Shown here in pieces: positions 35,711-42,945 of a stretch of 42,945 nt of DNA (position 1 is its first letter; each line of letters begins with the position of its first letter). Source of the stretch: a virus (Duplodnaviria; Caudoviricetes); the IMG/VR virus record IMGVR_UViG_3300037311_000013, positions 1 through 42,945 of that record. One strand, 5' to 3'. The notes beneath the pieces were generated by a model. It did no database searches and was not told the origin of the DNA. It saw only the letters and a list, made by a program, of their open reading frames with translations. Both the position numbers and the translations under genes were made by a program.

Positions 35711-37225
35711 CTACCTCACTCGACGAAGACCCATCTGCGGGTAGAGCCCGCCCTGCGCGGCCAGCGGGCGCTCGCGCTCCGCCGCCTGTATGCCGTGAGT
35801 GGCGACCATCTGGAAGCCGTACCTCACCGCGTCGATCACATCATCCCGCCTTTTGACGATAGCGCCTTTCTCGTCACGGTGGTAGGAGCGGGCCTCTTCG
35901 AGGAAGTGCGCGGCCTCATCCCGGAACACGAGGAACCGCCCGGTGCGGAAGGCTTCCTGCATGGCGAACAGGCCGGGCTCGACGTAGCGCGAGCCGTCGG
36001 GGTTCTGGAATGTCAGCATGGGCGCCGTGATGCCGCCGGCCTCATAGTGGCTCTTCACCGTCTCGCCCGAGCCCTTCTCCCGGGAGTCGATGTCGGGCGG
36101 TACCACGAGCGGGGAGTTGCGCCACATCGAGTTGAGCGTGGAGGCGTGGATGGCGGCCGAGCGATCGCCCTGCCGGAATGTCTTGCACAGGATGTAGGTC
36201 TGAGCCTCTGGGTCGAAGGCGATCCACGCCATCGCGGTCGGGTGGTCGATGCCGATGTCCAGCGAGCGCAGCACGCGCAGCCATGGCCGCTGGGAGATGT
36301 CGAAGGGCGGGATGACCGCCATGCTCTCGTCGATGCTGAAAATCTTCCCGCTCCCGTAGAAGGGCAGCCCCTTGGACCGCATATCGCGCTCATGCTCGGG
36401 GTAGTCGGCGAGCATCTCCTCGCGCAGCTCGGGCGTGAGGTGCGCGGCCCGGTCCCACGCGATCGGACCCACGAGGTAGAGCTGCCTTCGGCTGTCCCTG
36501 CCTGCGCGCTTCACGAGATCACGAGACCCCATGAATTGCGCCACCAGCTCCGTCTCGCCAAGCTCAGGCGTGAGCGTCAGCATGAGGAGCCCGCCACGGT
36601 GCTTGCGGCCCGTCATGAGGCGGGTTCGTAGCTGGCCCATCACCTCGTCAGGGGGCTGCTCGTCCACGAGCATGACGTCGACGGAGGAGCCGGCGAAGGG
36701 CAGCGACTTCTGGCCCGTGCTGGCCTGCCGGTAAGCCTTGAAGTCGATGACACTGATCCCGCCCGACTTGTGGCGGACGTAGACCTTCGACACCGCGCCC
36801 GGGAGGTTGCCGCGCTCGATGTCGACGATCTCCTCGTGGTGAATCCAGCCCCCGCGCCAGACGCCGTCCTGCCCCTCGATGCCCAAGAGGGCGCGCTGTA
36901 GAACGTCGCGGGTCTGGGTCGCGTCGACGCCAAGAGCCCATGCCGTGACGGGGTAGTGGATGACGCACCCGCCCCACCAGTCGGGGTACTGGCCGGTGAC
37001 GTGGATCGCGAAGGCGTAGCTGCCCGGGAAGGTCTTCCCCACGCGGTTCGCCGCGAGGAGCATGACTTGCCGGTGGTGGCGGGTCGCGTTGAAGAATTCG
37101 AGCTGCCAGTCGTACCACGGCGGCGCGAACTCGCGGGCGTGCGTCTCCCGGTAGAGCATCGCCCGTTTCCGCACGGAGACGGCGGAGCGGAGCGCGTCGA
37201 GCGCGGCTTCAGCAGTCTGGCTCAC
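35711..37225 (-). CDS. terL: Terminase large subunit (P22-like)
   Basis: Walker A AANRVGKT, Walker B MLVDEQP, LTLTP, nuclease LDIGIDHPTA and DDVIDAVRY. Confidence 0.95.
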   Translation of the reverse strand: MSQTAEAALDALRSAVSVRKRAMLYRETHAREFAPPWYDWQLEFFNATRHHRQVMLLAANRVGKTFPGSYAFAIHVTGQYPDWWGGCVIHYPVTAWALGVDATQTRDVLQRALLGIEGQDGVWRGGWIHHEEIVDIERGNLPGAVSKVYVRHKSGGISVIDFKAYRQASTGQKSLPFAGSSVDVMLVDEQPPDEVMGQLRTRLMTGRKHRGGLLMLTLTPELGETELVAQFMGSRDLVKRAGRDSRRQLYLVGPIAWDRAAHLTPELREEMLADYPEHERDMRSKGLPFYGSGKIFSIDESMAVIPPFDISQRPWLRVLRSLDIGIDHPTAMAWIAFDPEAQTYILCKTFRQGDRSAAIHASTLNSMWRNSPLVVPPDIDSREKGSGETVKSHYEAGGITAPMLTFQNPDGSRYVEPGLFAMQEAFRTGRFLVFRDEAAHFLEEARSYHRDEKGAIVKRRDDVIDAVRYGFQMVATHGIQAAERERPLAAQGGLYPQMGLRRVR

Positions 37226-37556
37226 GCCGGTCCTCGCGGTCGTTCTCTTCGAGGGTAGTGAAGTGCGAGCCGCAGCACTGCACATAGCGCCCGCTCTTGA
37301 GTGGGATGCCGCACGTCGCGTCGAACGTGCAGCCCTCGACCTCGCACACCCGGACCATCGAGTCGATGCTCTTGCAGGCCGGGCAGCCCTGTATCAGCTC
37401 GTTGATGTCGAAGGGGTTCGCCGCACGAAGGACTTCCGTAAGCGGCATCGTGGCCCCGCACTCGCTGCACGCGCAGACGATGACGCGCGGGTCACGAAGC
37501 CTCGGCTTGCTCGTCAGCTTCCGTATCCGGTGCAGCACTGTCTTCTTCCAGCTCAC
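37209..37556 (-). CDS. Cys-rich zinc-binding protein between terS and terL
   Basis: CSEC, CPAC, CEVEGC, C, CCGSH. Confidence 0.65.
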   Translation of the reverse strand: MSWKKTVLHRIRKLTSKPRLRDPRVIVCACSECGATMPLTEVLRAANPFDINELIQGCPACKSIDSMVRVCEVEGCTFDATCGIPLKSGRYVQCCGSHFTTLEENDREDRREPDC

Positions 37557-37965
37557 CTTCGATGACCTCGCCCTCGCTCACGCCGTAGTCCGCCCAGAGC
37601 TTCTCCACGTCGAGCCCGAGCTGCTTCGCCTCGGCGATGAGCTGCTCCTTCTCGCGCACCGTGGGCACGCCGCTCTCGCTCACGACGAGCTGGCGGATGT
37701 CGGGGATGATCTTGTCGAGCTTCTTGAGGTTGATGTTCGCGACGATCTCCAGCCGGCGAATCTGCTCTGGGCTCAGGTGGTTGGCCGTCAGCAGCCGTTT
37801 CTCGATGGCTTCGATGCGCGTCAGGTATCTCGGCGCGGCCTTGATGTACCGCTCGACCATCCGGCGCGTGGCATCGACGCGGGCGCGGGACGTGTTGGCG
37901 TTGCCCTGTAGCGCGGCGCTGATCTTGGCGCCGGTGGCGATGCGGGCTTCGGTGCGTCGGTCCAT
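37492..37965 (-). CDS. terS: Probable terminase small subunit
   Basis: Position upstream of terL; helical; LKKLDKIIPDIR motif; acidic tail. Confidence 0.6.
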   Translation of the reverse strand: MDRRTEARIATGAKISAALQGNANTSRARVDATRRMVERYIKAAPRYLTRIEAIEKRLLTANHLSPEQIRRLEIVANINLKKLDKIIPDIRQLVVSESGVPTVREKEQLIAEAKQLGLDVEKLWADYGVSEGEVIEGELEEDSAAPDTEADEQAEAS

Positions 37966-38122
37966 GGCTGGGGACTCTACCGCAGGGTGCCAGCACCGGG
38001 GGAGAGCGCGGGGGCTGTGGCCGCGATGGCGCCCGGGCCCGATGGGGAGGACATCGGAGGAACCCGGTTCTCTGGGGGAAGAGTGGGAACGCCGGATCTC
38101 CCGCCGGCGCTGGCGGGGTCGA

Positions 38123-38332
38123 TCATGCCACTGGAGGCTCTTCGCCCACCAGTCCGTAGGGGTGGTTCTCGGGGATGGAGGCTTCGCTGGCGGGGACGAT
38201 GAGCGCGTCCTGCCTGTGGAGGAAGCCGACGATCTTCGCGAAGGCTTCGTAGGGGGCGCGGTACTCGATGACCGTCTCACCGCCGCGGATATCGAGGCGG
38301 ACGGCGACGTAGCGGGCGTGGACGGCTTTCAC
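38123..38332 (-). CDS. Hypothetical protein
   Basis: GTG at 38332 after CAAGGGA; high GC3. Confidence 0.55.
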   Translation of the reverse strand: MKAVHARYVAVRLDIRGGETVIEYRAPYEAFAKIVGFLHRQDALIVPASEASIPENHPYGLVGEEPPVA

Positions 38333-38343
38333 GATGGCATCCC

Positions 38344-38455
38344 TTGTGGGGGCGATGCTCCCCGCCGGGGCTGAGAGTAACGTGCGCCCAAGGGTAAGCG
38401 CGCTCTCAGCTCCGGCGGGGCGGGCTCCGTTGCGCTGGGGGAAGAAGACCCACAA
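38344..38455. ncRNA. Candidate structured RNA or DNA hairpin in the late leader
   Basis: 18-bp stem 38360-38377/38403-38420 (one G-T), an inner stem, and a closing TTGTGGG/CCCACAA pairing. Confidence 0.35.
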
Positions 38456-38481
38456 CCGACCCCAGACGCGCCCATTTTCCG

Positions 38482-38547
38482 TCAGCAGCCCTTCTTGCCC
38501 TTGGCCGGCTTCACCGGCTTCGGGGCGGGCTTCTTGGCCTTCGCCAT
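38482..38547 (-). CDS. 21-aa Lys/Pro/Ala-rich basic peptide
   Basis: MAKAKKPAPKPVKPAKGKKGC; GGAAGGA SD; all Lys codons are AAG. Confidence 0.6.
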   Translation of the reverse strand: MAKAKKPAPKPVKPAKGKKGC

Positions 38548-38593
38548 GTCGGTTCCTTCCACTGCGGCCTGTGTCGGAGGCCGCGCGCGAGAG

Positions 38594-38623
38594 ATGCTAT
38601 CCGCTGCGCGGCGTGTCAAGCAA
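38594..38623 (-). promoter_or_regulatory. Candidate late promoter
   Basis: TTGCTT-N18-TAGCAT (contains TTGACA at non-optimal spacing), followed by hairpin GCGGCCT/AGGCCGC. Confidence 0.35.
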
Positions 38624-38662
38624 CTCTCACGACGCTGTCTGTTGTGCGGACGTGCCGCGTTG

Positions 38663-39109
38663 CTACGGCCGCGGGACGTTGCGTGATGCCTCGAAGAGCG
38701 CGACCACTGTGAAGTCGGACCATGGCACCAGCGCAAGCTCTTCGATGTCGTCGGGGTCGCCGCGGTCACGGCGTCCGCCCATCTGCCGCGGGTAGCGGAG
38801 CTGGGGGTCAATGCGCGTGCTGTATAGCCCGTCGTCGCGGAGGATGCAGTACCAGACGTCGAGGTTGTTCCGCTCTGCCTGCCGGATGGCAGGCGCCTTC
38901 TTGAGCGAGAGGAAGATGCTGGGATAGGGCGTGGGCCGGTACTTCACCTCGGCCAGTGCGACTACCTCGCCCCCGGGGAGTTCGAGGCGGTAGTCGATCG
39001 AGGCCAAGCCTTCCTGCTTGCGCGCCTTGATGCGCCACTCACGCTCAAGAATCCCCGCGGCGAACCGCTCGCGCTCGCGGTCCTTCGCGGATTCATAGAT
39101 CGGCCTCAT
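38663..39109 (-). CDS. PD-(D/E)xK nuclease / resolvase-like protein
   Basis: IDYRL...ALAEVKYR. Confidence 0.7.
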   Translation of the reverse strand: MRPIYESAKDRERERFAAGILEREWRIKARKQEGLASIDYRLELPGGEVVALAEVKYRPTPYPSIFLSLKKAPAIRQAERNNLDVWYCILRDDGLYSTRIDPQLRYPRQMGGRRDRGDPDDIEELALVPWSDFTVVALFEASRNVPRP

Positions 39110-39270
39110 TGCGAGAGGAAGTCGCGCAGCACCTTCAAGCCGCTGGCCTGCTTCATGGCAAGCTCAGGCCACGGCTTCTCGGTTCCATGCTCCTCGCGCA
39201 TCTCGGCGAGCTTGGCGTCGACCATCTCGATGACCAGCGCCGCTGCCTGCCTGTTGATGCGGAAAATCAC
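39106..39270 (-). CDS. Hypothetical protein
   Basis: Coupled on both sides; MIFRINRQAAALVIEMVDAKL... Confidence 0.6.
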   Translation of the reverse strand: MIFRINRQAAALVIEMVDAKLAEMREEHGTEKPWPELAMKQASGLKVLRDFLSQ

Positions 39271-39602
39271 GGCCGCAGCGCCCGCGCCGCGCAGTCCAGC
39301 ACCGCAAGGCCGGGCTTGTCCTGCGCTACGCCGTGGACCCAGTGGCAGCCCTCGCCGGTTGCGTTCAGGGTTTCGGCGATCCAGTGGCACAGCTCCACGT
39401 CGAAGCGCACGCTGACCTTGAGTTCCTCCATGATCCTCACCATCTGCGCCGGCTCGGCTAGGTGTCGGGCCAGCCCGCTCTCGGTAAGGAACGCCCGGCT
39501 GACGGGGTCGTGCCAGTCCAGCCCGCTGATTTCCGGGCGCAAGCGCACCATCCCGATCTCGGTGGCGACCCGGGCGTAGTCCTCGGCGGTCAGGTCACTC
39601 AC
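39267..39602 (-). CDS. Hypothetical protein (possibly NinX/ABA-sandwich-like)
   Basis: IMEELKVSV...WIAE...KPGLAVLDCAARAL. Confidence 0.55.
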   Translation of the reverse strand: MSDLTAEDYARVATEIGMVRLRPEISGLDWHDPVSRAFLTESGLARHLAEPAQMVRIMEELKVSVRFDVELCHWIAETLNATGEGCHWVHGVAQDKPGLAVLDCAARALRP

Positions 39603-40080
39603 GGCGCAGGGCCTCCCTTGCCTTGTCCATCAGGTCCACGAGCGGCCCCATGACGTAGTCCGGGCGCTCGGATTCCAGCCTGACGAACGCCTCAAGGGCC
39701 GCCCGCAGCTTGGCACTTTCGTCCTTCAGGACGGTGGCGCATATCTGCCACGTCTCGACCTGCTGCGTCAGCCGCTCGACCTCGGCGCGCAGGGCCCCCT
39801 CGTGAACGCTGGAGAGCCTCTCGGCAAGCGGCCGGTCATCCCACATCGGCCGCGTTATCTTGGCAATGAGGGCGAGCGCTCCCTCGTCAGGGTCGCGGGC
39901 GATGGACGCCACGTCACAGATTGCGACGCGGAGGCTGGCGTTCTCGGCGCGCAGCTCGTCGATTGCCACGTCGGCAGTCGCGCAGTCCACGTTCAGCCGC
40001 TCGACCTCGGCGCGCAGGGCGTCGCGCTCGTTGCACTGGGCGACCAGCAGCTCCGTGAGAGGGGAATGCATCTTGTCCAT
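39595..40080 (-). CDS. Coiled-coil Ead/Ea22-like protein
   Basis: Repeated ALRAEVERL; 28-bp direct repeat at 39768-39795 and 39993-40020. Confidence 0.65.
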   Translation of the reverse strand: MDKMHSPLTELLVAQCNERDALRAEVERLNVDCATADVAIDELRAENASLRVAICDVASIARDPDEGALALIAKITRPMWDDRPLAERLSSVHEGALRAEVERLTQQVETWQICATVLKDESAKLRAALEAFVRLESERPDYVMGPLVDLMDKAREALRRE

Positions 40081-40328
40081 CACCCCCCTCCCTCGGCCCG
40101 GCGGCGGGCTGCTTCGGCATTGCCCCATGCGGTTGCCAAGTCCCGCACATTCTCTCGCGGCAGGCCCCAGCCGCCGATGTGGTTGGCGTACCGTGCCAGC
40201 GCCTCCCGCTCCGCCACCATCGCCCGCAGCAGGGTGGCGAGTTGGCGGGCCTGCTTGTCGTCGATGGTCACGTCCGGCGACTCGTTGGCCAGCGCATCGA
40301 ACATCGCGGCCCATTCGGTTGCGTTCAT
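40080..40328 (-). CDS. Hypothetical protein
   Basis: AGGAG SD; TGATG coupling; preceded by a hairpin in the 40329-40386 gap. Confidence 0.7.
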   Translation of the reverse strand: MNATEWAAMFDALANESPDVTIDDKQARQLATLLRAMVAEREALARYANHIGGWGLPRENVRDLATAWGNAEAARRRAEGGG

Positions 40329-40386
40329 GGCGTCTCCTGTGGTGGCAGCGCCTCGGCCCGGGGTGAGCGAGCCGAGGCGCCGTCGG

Positions 40387-40650
40387 TTAAACGCGGTTCT
40401 CGTCGAGCTTGTGATCGCCGCACCAGTCGCGGGCGAACACGGCGGGGAAGCCGCCCATCGTCGGCGCGTGCCGGCGGCAGCGGCCCAGCGACTCCATCGT
40501 CGTCCGCAGCACTTCGGCCTCCTTGCGGACCCACCACATACAGGTGCGGCACATCATGCGGGCGCTGCGGTTGGCCCACGGGTCGGCGGGCTGCGGGGCG
40601 ATGGGGTTCGGCTTGTCGAACTCAGGGCGGTCATGGTCATGCATAGTCAC
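40387..40650 (-). CDS. Small Cys4 protein, paralog of 1267..1494
   Basis: CRTCMWW...GRCRRHAP...FPAVFARDWCGDH. Confidence 0.75.
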   Translation of the reverse strand: MTMHDHDRPEFDKPNPIAPQPADPWANRSARMMCRTCMWWVRKEAEVLRTTMESLGRCRRHAPTMGGFPAVFARDWCGDHKLDENRV

Positions 40651-40979
40651 GTCTCCTCAGTGGTGGTAGGTGAAGGCAGCGCCTCGGCGGCGGCGAGGAT
40701 GGCTTCGGCGGGCAGGTTGCCGTAGTACGGGGGGGTCACCTCGTCGGTTGCGCCGTTCCACGACATCCAGCCGGGGGCGAGGCTGCGCGGGGCGACACAC
40801 AACCCGAGCGCCGCCAGAATCCGCAGCGGCCGGTCGCCGGTGAGCAGGTGGGCGCGGAGGTAGCGTACAAACCGGTCGCCGTCAAACCAAAATCCATAAT
40901 CGGTCGGCGGCGGCCCGATCCGCACCCCATCATCGGCCGGCTCCATCCCGATCCGCCGGGCGATCTCGTCGAGGGTCAT
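40647..40979 (-). CDS. Hypothetical protein, allele B of the gene at 1..229
   Basis: MTLDEIARRIGME...LRAHLLTGDRPLRIL. Confidence 0.8.
   Translation of the reverse strand: MTLDEIARRIGMEPADDGVRIGPPPTDYGFWFDGDRFVRYLRAHLLTGDRPLRILAALGLCVAPRSLAPGWMSWNGATDEVTPPYYGNLPAEAILAAAEALPSPTTTEET
40733..40859 (+). repeat. 127-bp exact direct repeat, copy 2
   Basis: Identical to 1-127. Confidence 0.97.
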
Positions 40980-41036
40980 GGCGTCATCACCTCCGCCCGC
41001 GCACGGGCCAGTTCGTCCAGGGTCATGGCGCTCACC

Positions 41037-41291
41037 TCAAAACGGAATGTCGTCGTTGAAGTCGGGCGCCGGCTCGGGCTGCCGCTGCGCCGGCTTGGCG
41101 TCGCGCTGGCGCGGCTCCTGGAAACTCAGGCTCATGTACGTCGTGCCGGCCTTGGACTTCTTGATCCACGCCGAGATTTCCACGTCGGCGCCGTTCACGC
41201 GGGCCTTCCCGCGATAGTCGGGGCGGGTGTCAACGCCGTCCTTGTCGTTCTTGAACAGGGCGCCGTTGTTGTTTTTCTGCTCGTAGCTCAT
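41037..41291 (-). CDS. Small SSB-like protein (DUF736-like)
   Basis: GALFKN...RPDYRG...ISAW.K...YMSLS; acidic tip DFNDDIPF. Confidence 0.75.
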   Translation of the reverse strand: MSYEQKNNNGALFKNDKDGVDTRPDYRGKARVNGADVEISAWIKKSKAGTTYMSLSFQEPRQRDAKPAQRQPEPAPDFNDDIPF

Positions 41292-41965
41292 GCCGCTCTC
41301 CCGTTGGGCAGGATCTTGTGAACGCCCTGCTTGTGCATGGCGACGTACTTCTTGAAGGCCGACCGCTCGGCGGACCCGATGCGGTTGGAAACCTCGACGT
41401 AGAAATCAGCGCCGAAGCCGTTGAGCTTGTTGTGCAGGTCGAACACGTCGGCGGCAATGCCCGCCTCGTCCTTGTCCTGCGCCAGCACCGCCGTCCACGC
41501 CTGGGCGTACTCGGCCACGGCCGCCTCGTGCTTGGCCCGCGCCTCGTCCTCGGGCAAGTCCTCGCCCGCGTAGATGTACAGCCCCAGCCCGAACAGCGCG
41601 CAGCACTTCACGAAGCCGCGCATGATCGACGTATTGATATCGAACACCGACGGTTCCGCGATGGGCTTGTTGCGGTTGTCGAGGACCGGGTACAGGTGGC
41701 TGCGGGTCTTGCTGTGAAAACGCACGGTGACCTTGACCATGCAGCCGCCGGGCATGGCCTTGTACGGCAGGCCGTCGAATTCCTCCGGCCACCAGTCGAA
41801 GTCGGGGTCCAGCTCGGCCATGCGGGCGTGCGCCCATGCCCACGACAGGTACGAGAAGCCGTTTTTCTTCTCGACCTTCTCGTTGACGTTGAGGCCGTTG
41901 AGGGTCTTGAACCAGTTCGGCGGCTCGTCGCCGCGCTCCCGGTTGTCGTCGTCGTTCTCGTTCAT
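41288..41965 (-). CDS. sak: Sak-like (DUF1071, Rad52-fold) single-strand annealing protein
   Basis: NVNEKVEKKNGFSYLSWAWA...MVKVTV...LYPVLDNRNKPI...FDINTSIMRGFVKCCALFGLGLYIYAGEDLP. Confidence 0.88.
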   Translation of the reverse strand: MNENDDDNRERGDEPPNWFKTLNGLNVNEKVEKKNGFSYLSWAWAHARMAELDPDFDWWPEEFDGLPYKAMPGGCMVKVTVRFHSKTRSHLYPVLDNRNKPIAEPSVFDINTSIMRGFVKCCALFGLGLYIYAGEDLPEDEARAKHEAAVAEYAQAWTAVLAQDKDEAGIAADVFDLHNKLNGFGADFYVEVSNRIGSAERSAFKKYVAMHKQGVHKILPNGRAA

Positions 41966-42141
41966 TGCGTGATCTCCCGTTGGATTTCGTCAGCCGCCCG
42001 CGAGCAGTCGCGAGCGAGGTCAAGCAGGTAGTCGGCCATCTGTGCGTCTGACCGAATCAGCGCCACCGCCTGCCGTTCGCACCGTTCGGCGCGTTCACGC
42101 AGGGCCACAACGGCCAAGGCTTTGTGCGCGGGCTGGATCAC
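41962..42141 (-). CDS. Hypothetical protein (59 aa)
   Basis: GGAGG SD; coupled start and stop; MIQPAHKALAVVALRERAERC... Confidence 0.6.
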   Translation of the reverse strand: MIQPAHKALAVVALRERAERCERQAVALIRSDAQMADYLLDLARDCSRAADEIQREITQ

Positions 42142-42299
42142 GCCGCCTCCTCCTGGTCACTCAGCACGCCCCACGCCAGCGCCCGTGCGCGCTTGCACTC
42201 GGTGCTGCTCGCGATCTCGTCGAGCGCGTCCTCGTAGGCGCCGATCTTGGCGTTGAGGCGGGCGATCTCGGCCAGCAAGTTGAGTTCGTTCTGGTTCAC
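42138..42299 (-). CDS. Hypothetical coiled-coil protein (53 aa)
   Basis: Coupled; [30 protein letters not shown]... Confidence 0.6.
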   Translation of the reverse strand: MNQNELNLLAEIARLNAKIGAYEDALDEIASSTECKRARALAWGVLSDQEEAA

Positions 42300-42451
42300 C
42301 GTGCAGCCTCCACAAAGAACAGGACCGCGAGGGAAATGCCGAGCAGGGTTGCGGCAACGCCCGTGGCAAAGCCGGCATTCCAGTGGGCCGACGCCACGGT
42401 GGCGAGCTGCACCTCGCGCAGCCAGTGCTTGTGCGCGTAGTCGATCCTCAT
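42296..42451 (-). CDS. Small single-TM protein (51 aa)
   Basis: ATGA coupling; [21 protein letters not shown]. Confidence 0.6.
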   Translation of the reverse strand: MRIDYAHKHWLREVQLATVASAHWNAGFATGVAATLLGISLAVLFFVEAAR

Positions 42452-42945
42452 GACTGCACTCCCAACCGCGACTCGATCAGCGCTATGGCGGCCCGATAGT
42501 CGCGGCCGTGCTGGTTGTCGCCGTGCGTCTCCTGGACGGCCGCGCGGAACTCGTCGAGCGAGCCTGTGAAGCAGCCGGCGCGCATCCTGATCCCTTCGGG
42601 CGTGACAGTCGCGGTCAGGTAATCTCGGCGCGAGCCGATAGGGCCGACCGACAGCACGTCAGTGATCCCGATGGCGCCGGACAGGTCGGCGCCGGACAGG
42701 TCGGCGCGGGACAGGTCGGCGCGGGACAGGTTGGCGCGGGACAGGTCGGCGCGGGACAGGTCGGCGCGGGACAGGTTGGCGCGGGACAGGTAGGCGCCGT
42801 ACAGGTAGGCGCCGTACAGGTAGGCGCCGGACAGGTTGGCGCGGGACAGGTCGGCGCGGGACAGGTTGGCGCGGGACAGGTCGGCGCGGGACAGGTCGGC
42901 GCGGGACAGGTTGGCGCGGGACAGGTCGGCGCGGGACAGGTCGGC
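42448..42945 (-). CDS. Pentapeptide-repeat protein with DUF5758-like C-terminus (5' truncated)
   Basis: A(D/N/Y)L(S/Y)(R/G) repeats, then [11 protein letters not shown]...[19 protein letters not shown]...YRAAI. Confidence 0.9.
   Translation of the reverse strand, partial: ADLSRADLSRANLSRADLSRADLSRANLSRADLSRANLSGAYLYGAYLYGAYLSRANLSRADLSRADLSRANLSRADLSRADLSGADLSGAIGITDVLSVGPIGSRRDYLTATVTPEGIRMRAGCFTGSLDEFRAAVQETHGDNQHGRDYRAAIALIESRLGVQS
42673..42945. repeat. 15-bp tandem coding repeat (GGCGCGGGACAGGT[C/T] and variants)
   Basis: About 18 units with no spacers; the window ends inside the array. Confidence 0.95.

Larger units (their letters stand above)
1..40732. mobile_element. Apparently complete ~40.7 kb tailed phage genome, P22-like head/tail module, Gram-negative host
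   Basis: Ordered terS-terL-portal-scaffold-capsid-adaptor-hub-ejection-tail-lysis genes with Rz/Rz1. 1-127 = 40733-40859 closes the circle, with an ORF reading through the join. Confidence 0.85.

Noticed and set aside
37977-38126. 49-codon Pro/Gly/Ser-rich ORF upstream of terS
   Set aside because: It is ATGA-coupled but low-complexity with weak codon signal; I cannot support it as a gene, nor as a pac site.
38344-38455. tRNA gene
   Set aside because: No cloverleaf, T-loop GTTC motif or acceptor stem; kept only as a generic structured element.
39768-40020. 28-bp direct repeat as an insertion target-site duplication
   Set aside because: Both copies encode ALRAEVERL in frame within a coiled-coil protein, and no transposase lies between them.
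42673-42945. Possible CRISPR array
   Set aside because: The 15-bp units are contiguous with no unique spacers, translate as pentapeptide repeats, and no cas genes are present.

Overview
A high-GC, tailed dsDNA phage of a Gram-negative host, with a P22-like (podovirus-type) morphogenesis module. Bases 1-127 are identical to 40733-40859, so 1-40732 closes into an apparently complete ~40.7 kb circle. The remaining 40860-42945 looks like an alternative branch from a sibling phage (Sak-like annealase, SSB-like protein, pentapeptide protein). The minus strand runs from DUF932 through small early genes and a lambda-O-like initiator, across the join, then through a PD-(D/E)xK nuclease, terS, terL, portal, a 1401-aa polyvalent protein, scaffold, major capsid, adaptor, needle/hub, ejection proteins, three tail appendage genes and lysis genes. 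The plus strand (5982-10732) carries a YqaJ exonuclease, a putative annealase, HTH proteins and a NinG-like nuclease. I recognised no integrase, CI-like repressor, DNA polymerase, tRNA, CRISPR array or reverse transcriptase. The best candidate for a new system is the 1401-aa protein: three modules, each ending in a Gly/Ala hydrophobic tail (two with DDAxAA), one with a HExxH peptidase motif. Short antisense ORFs overlap the 3' ends of this gene and of the last ejection gene. Other highlights are a thrice-repeated promoter motif TTGACAC-N3-GTACCC, identical 16-bp junctions flanking the tailspike gene, and two alleles of one gene with a swapped internal cassette. All family calls come from motif recognition by eye, not from database searches.
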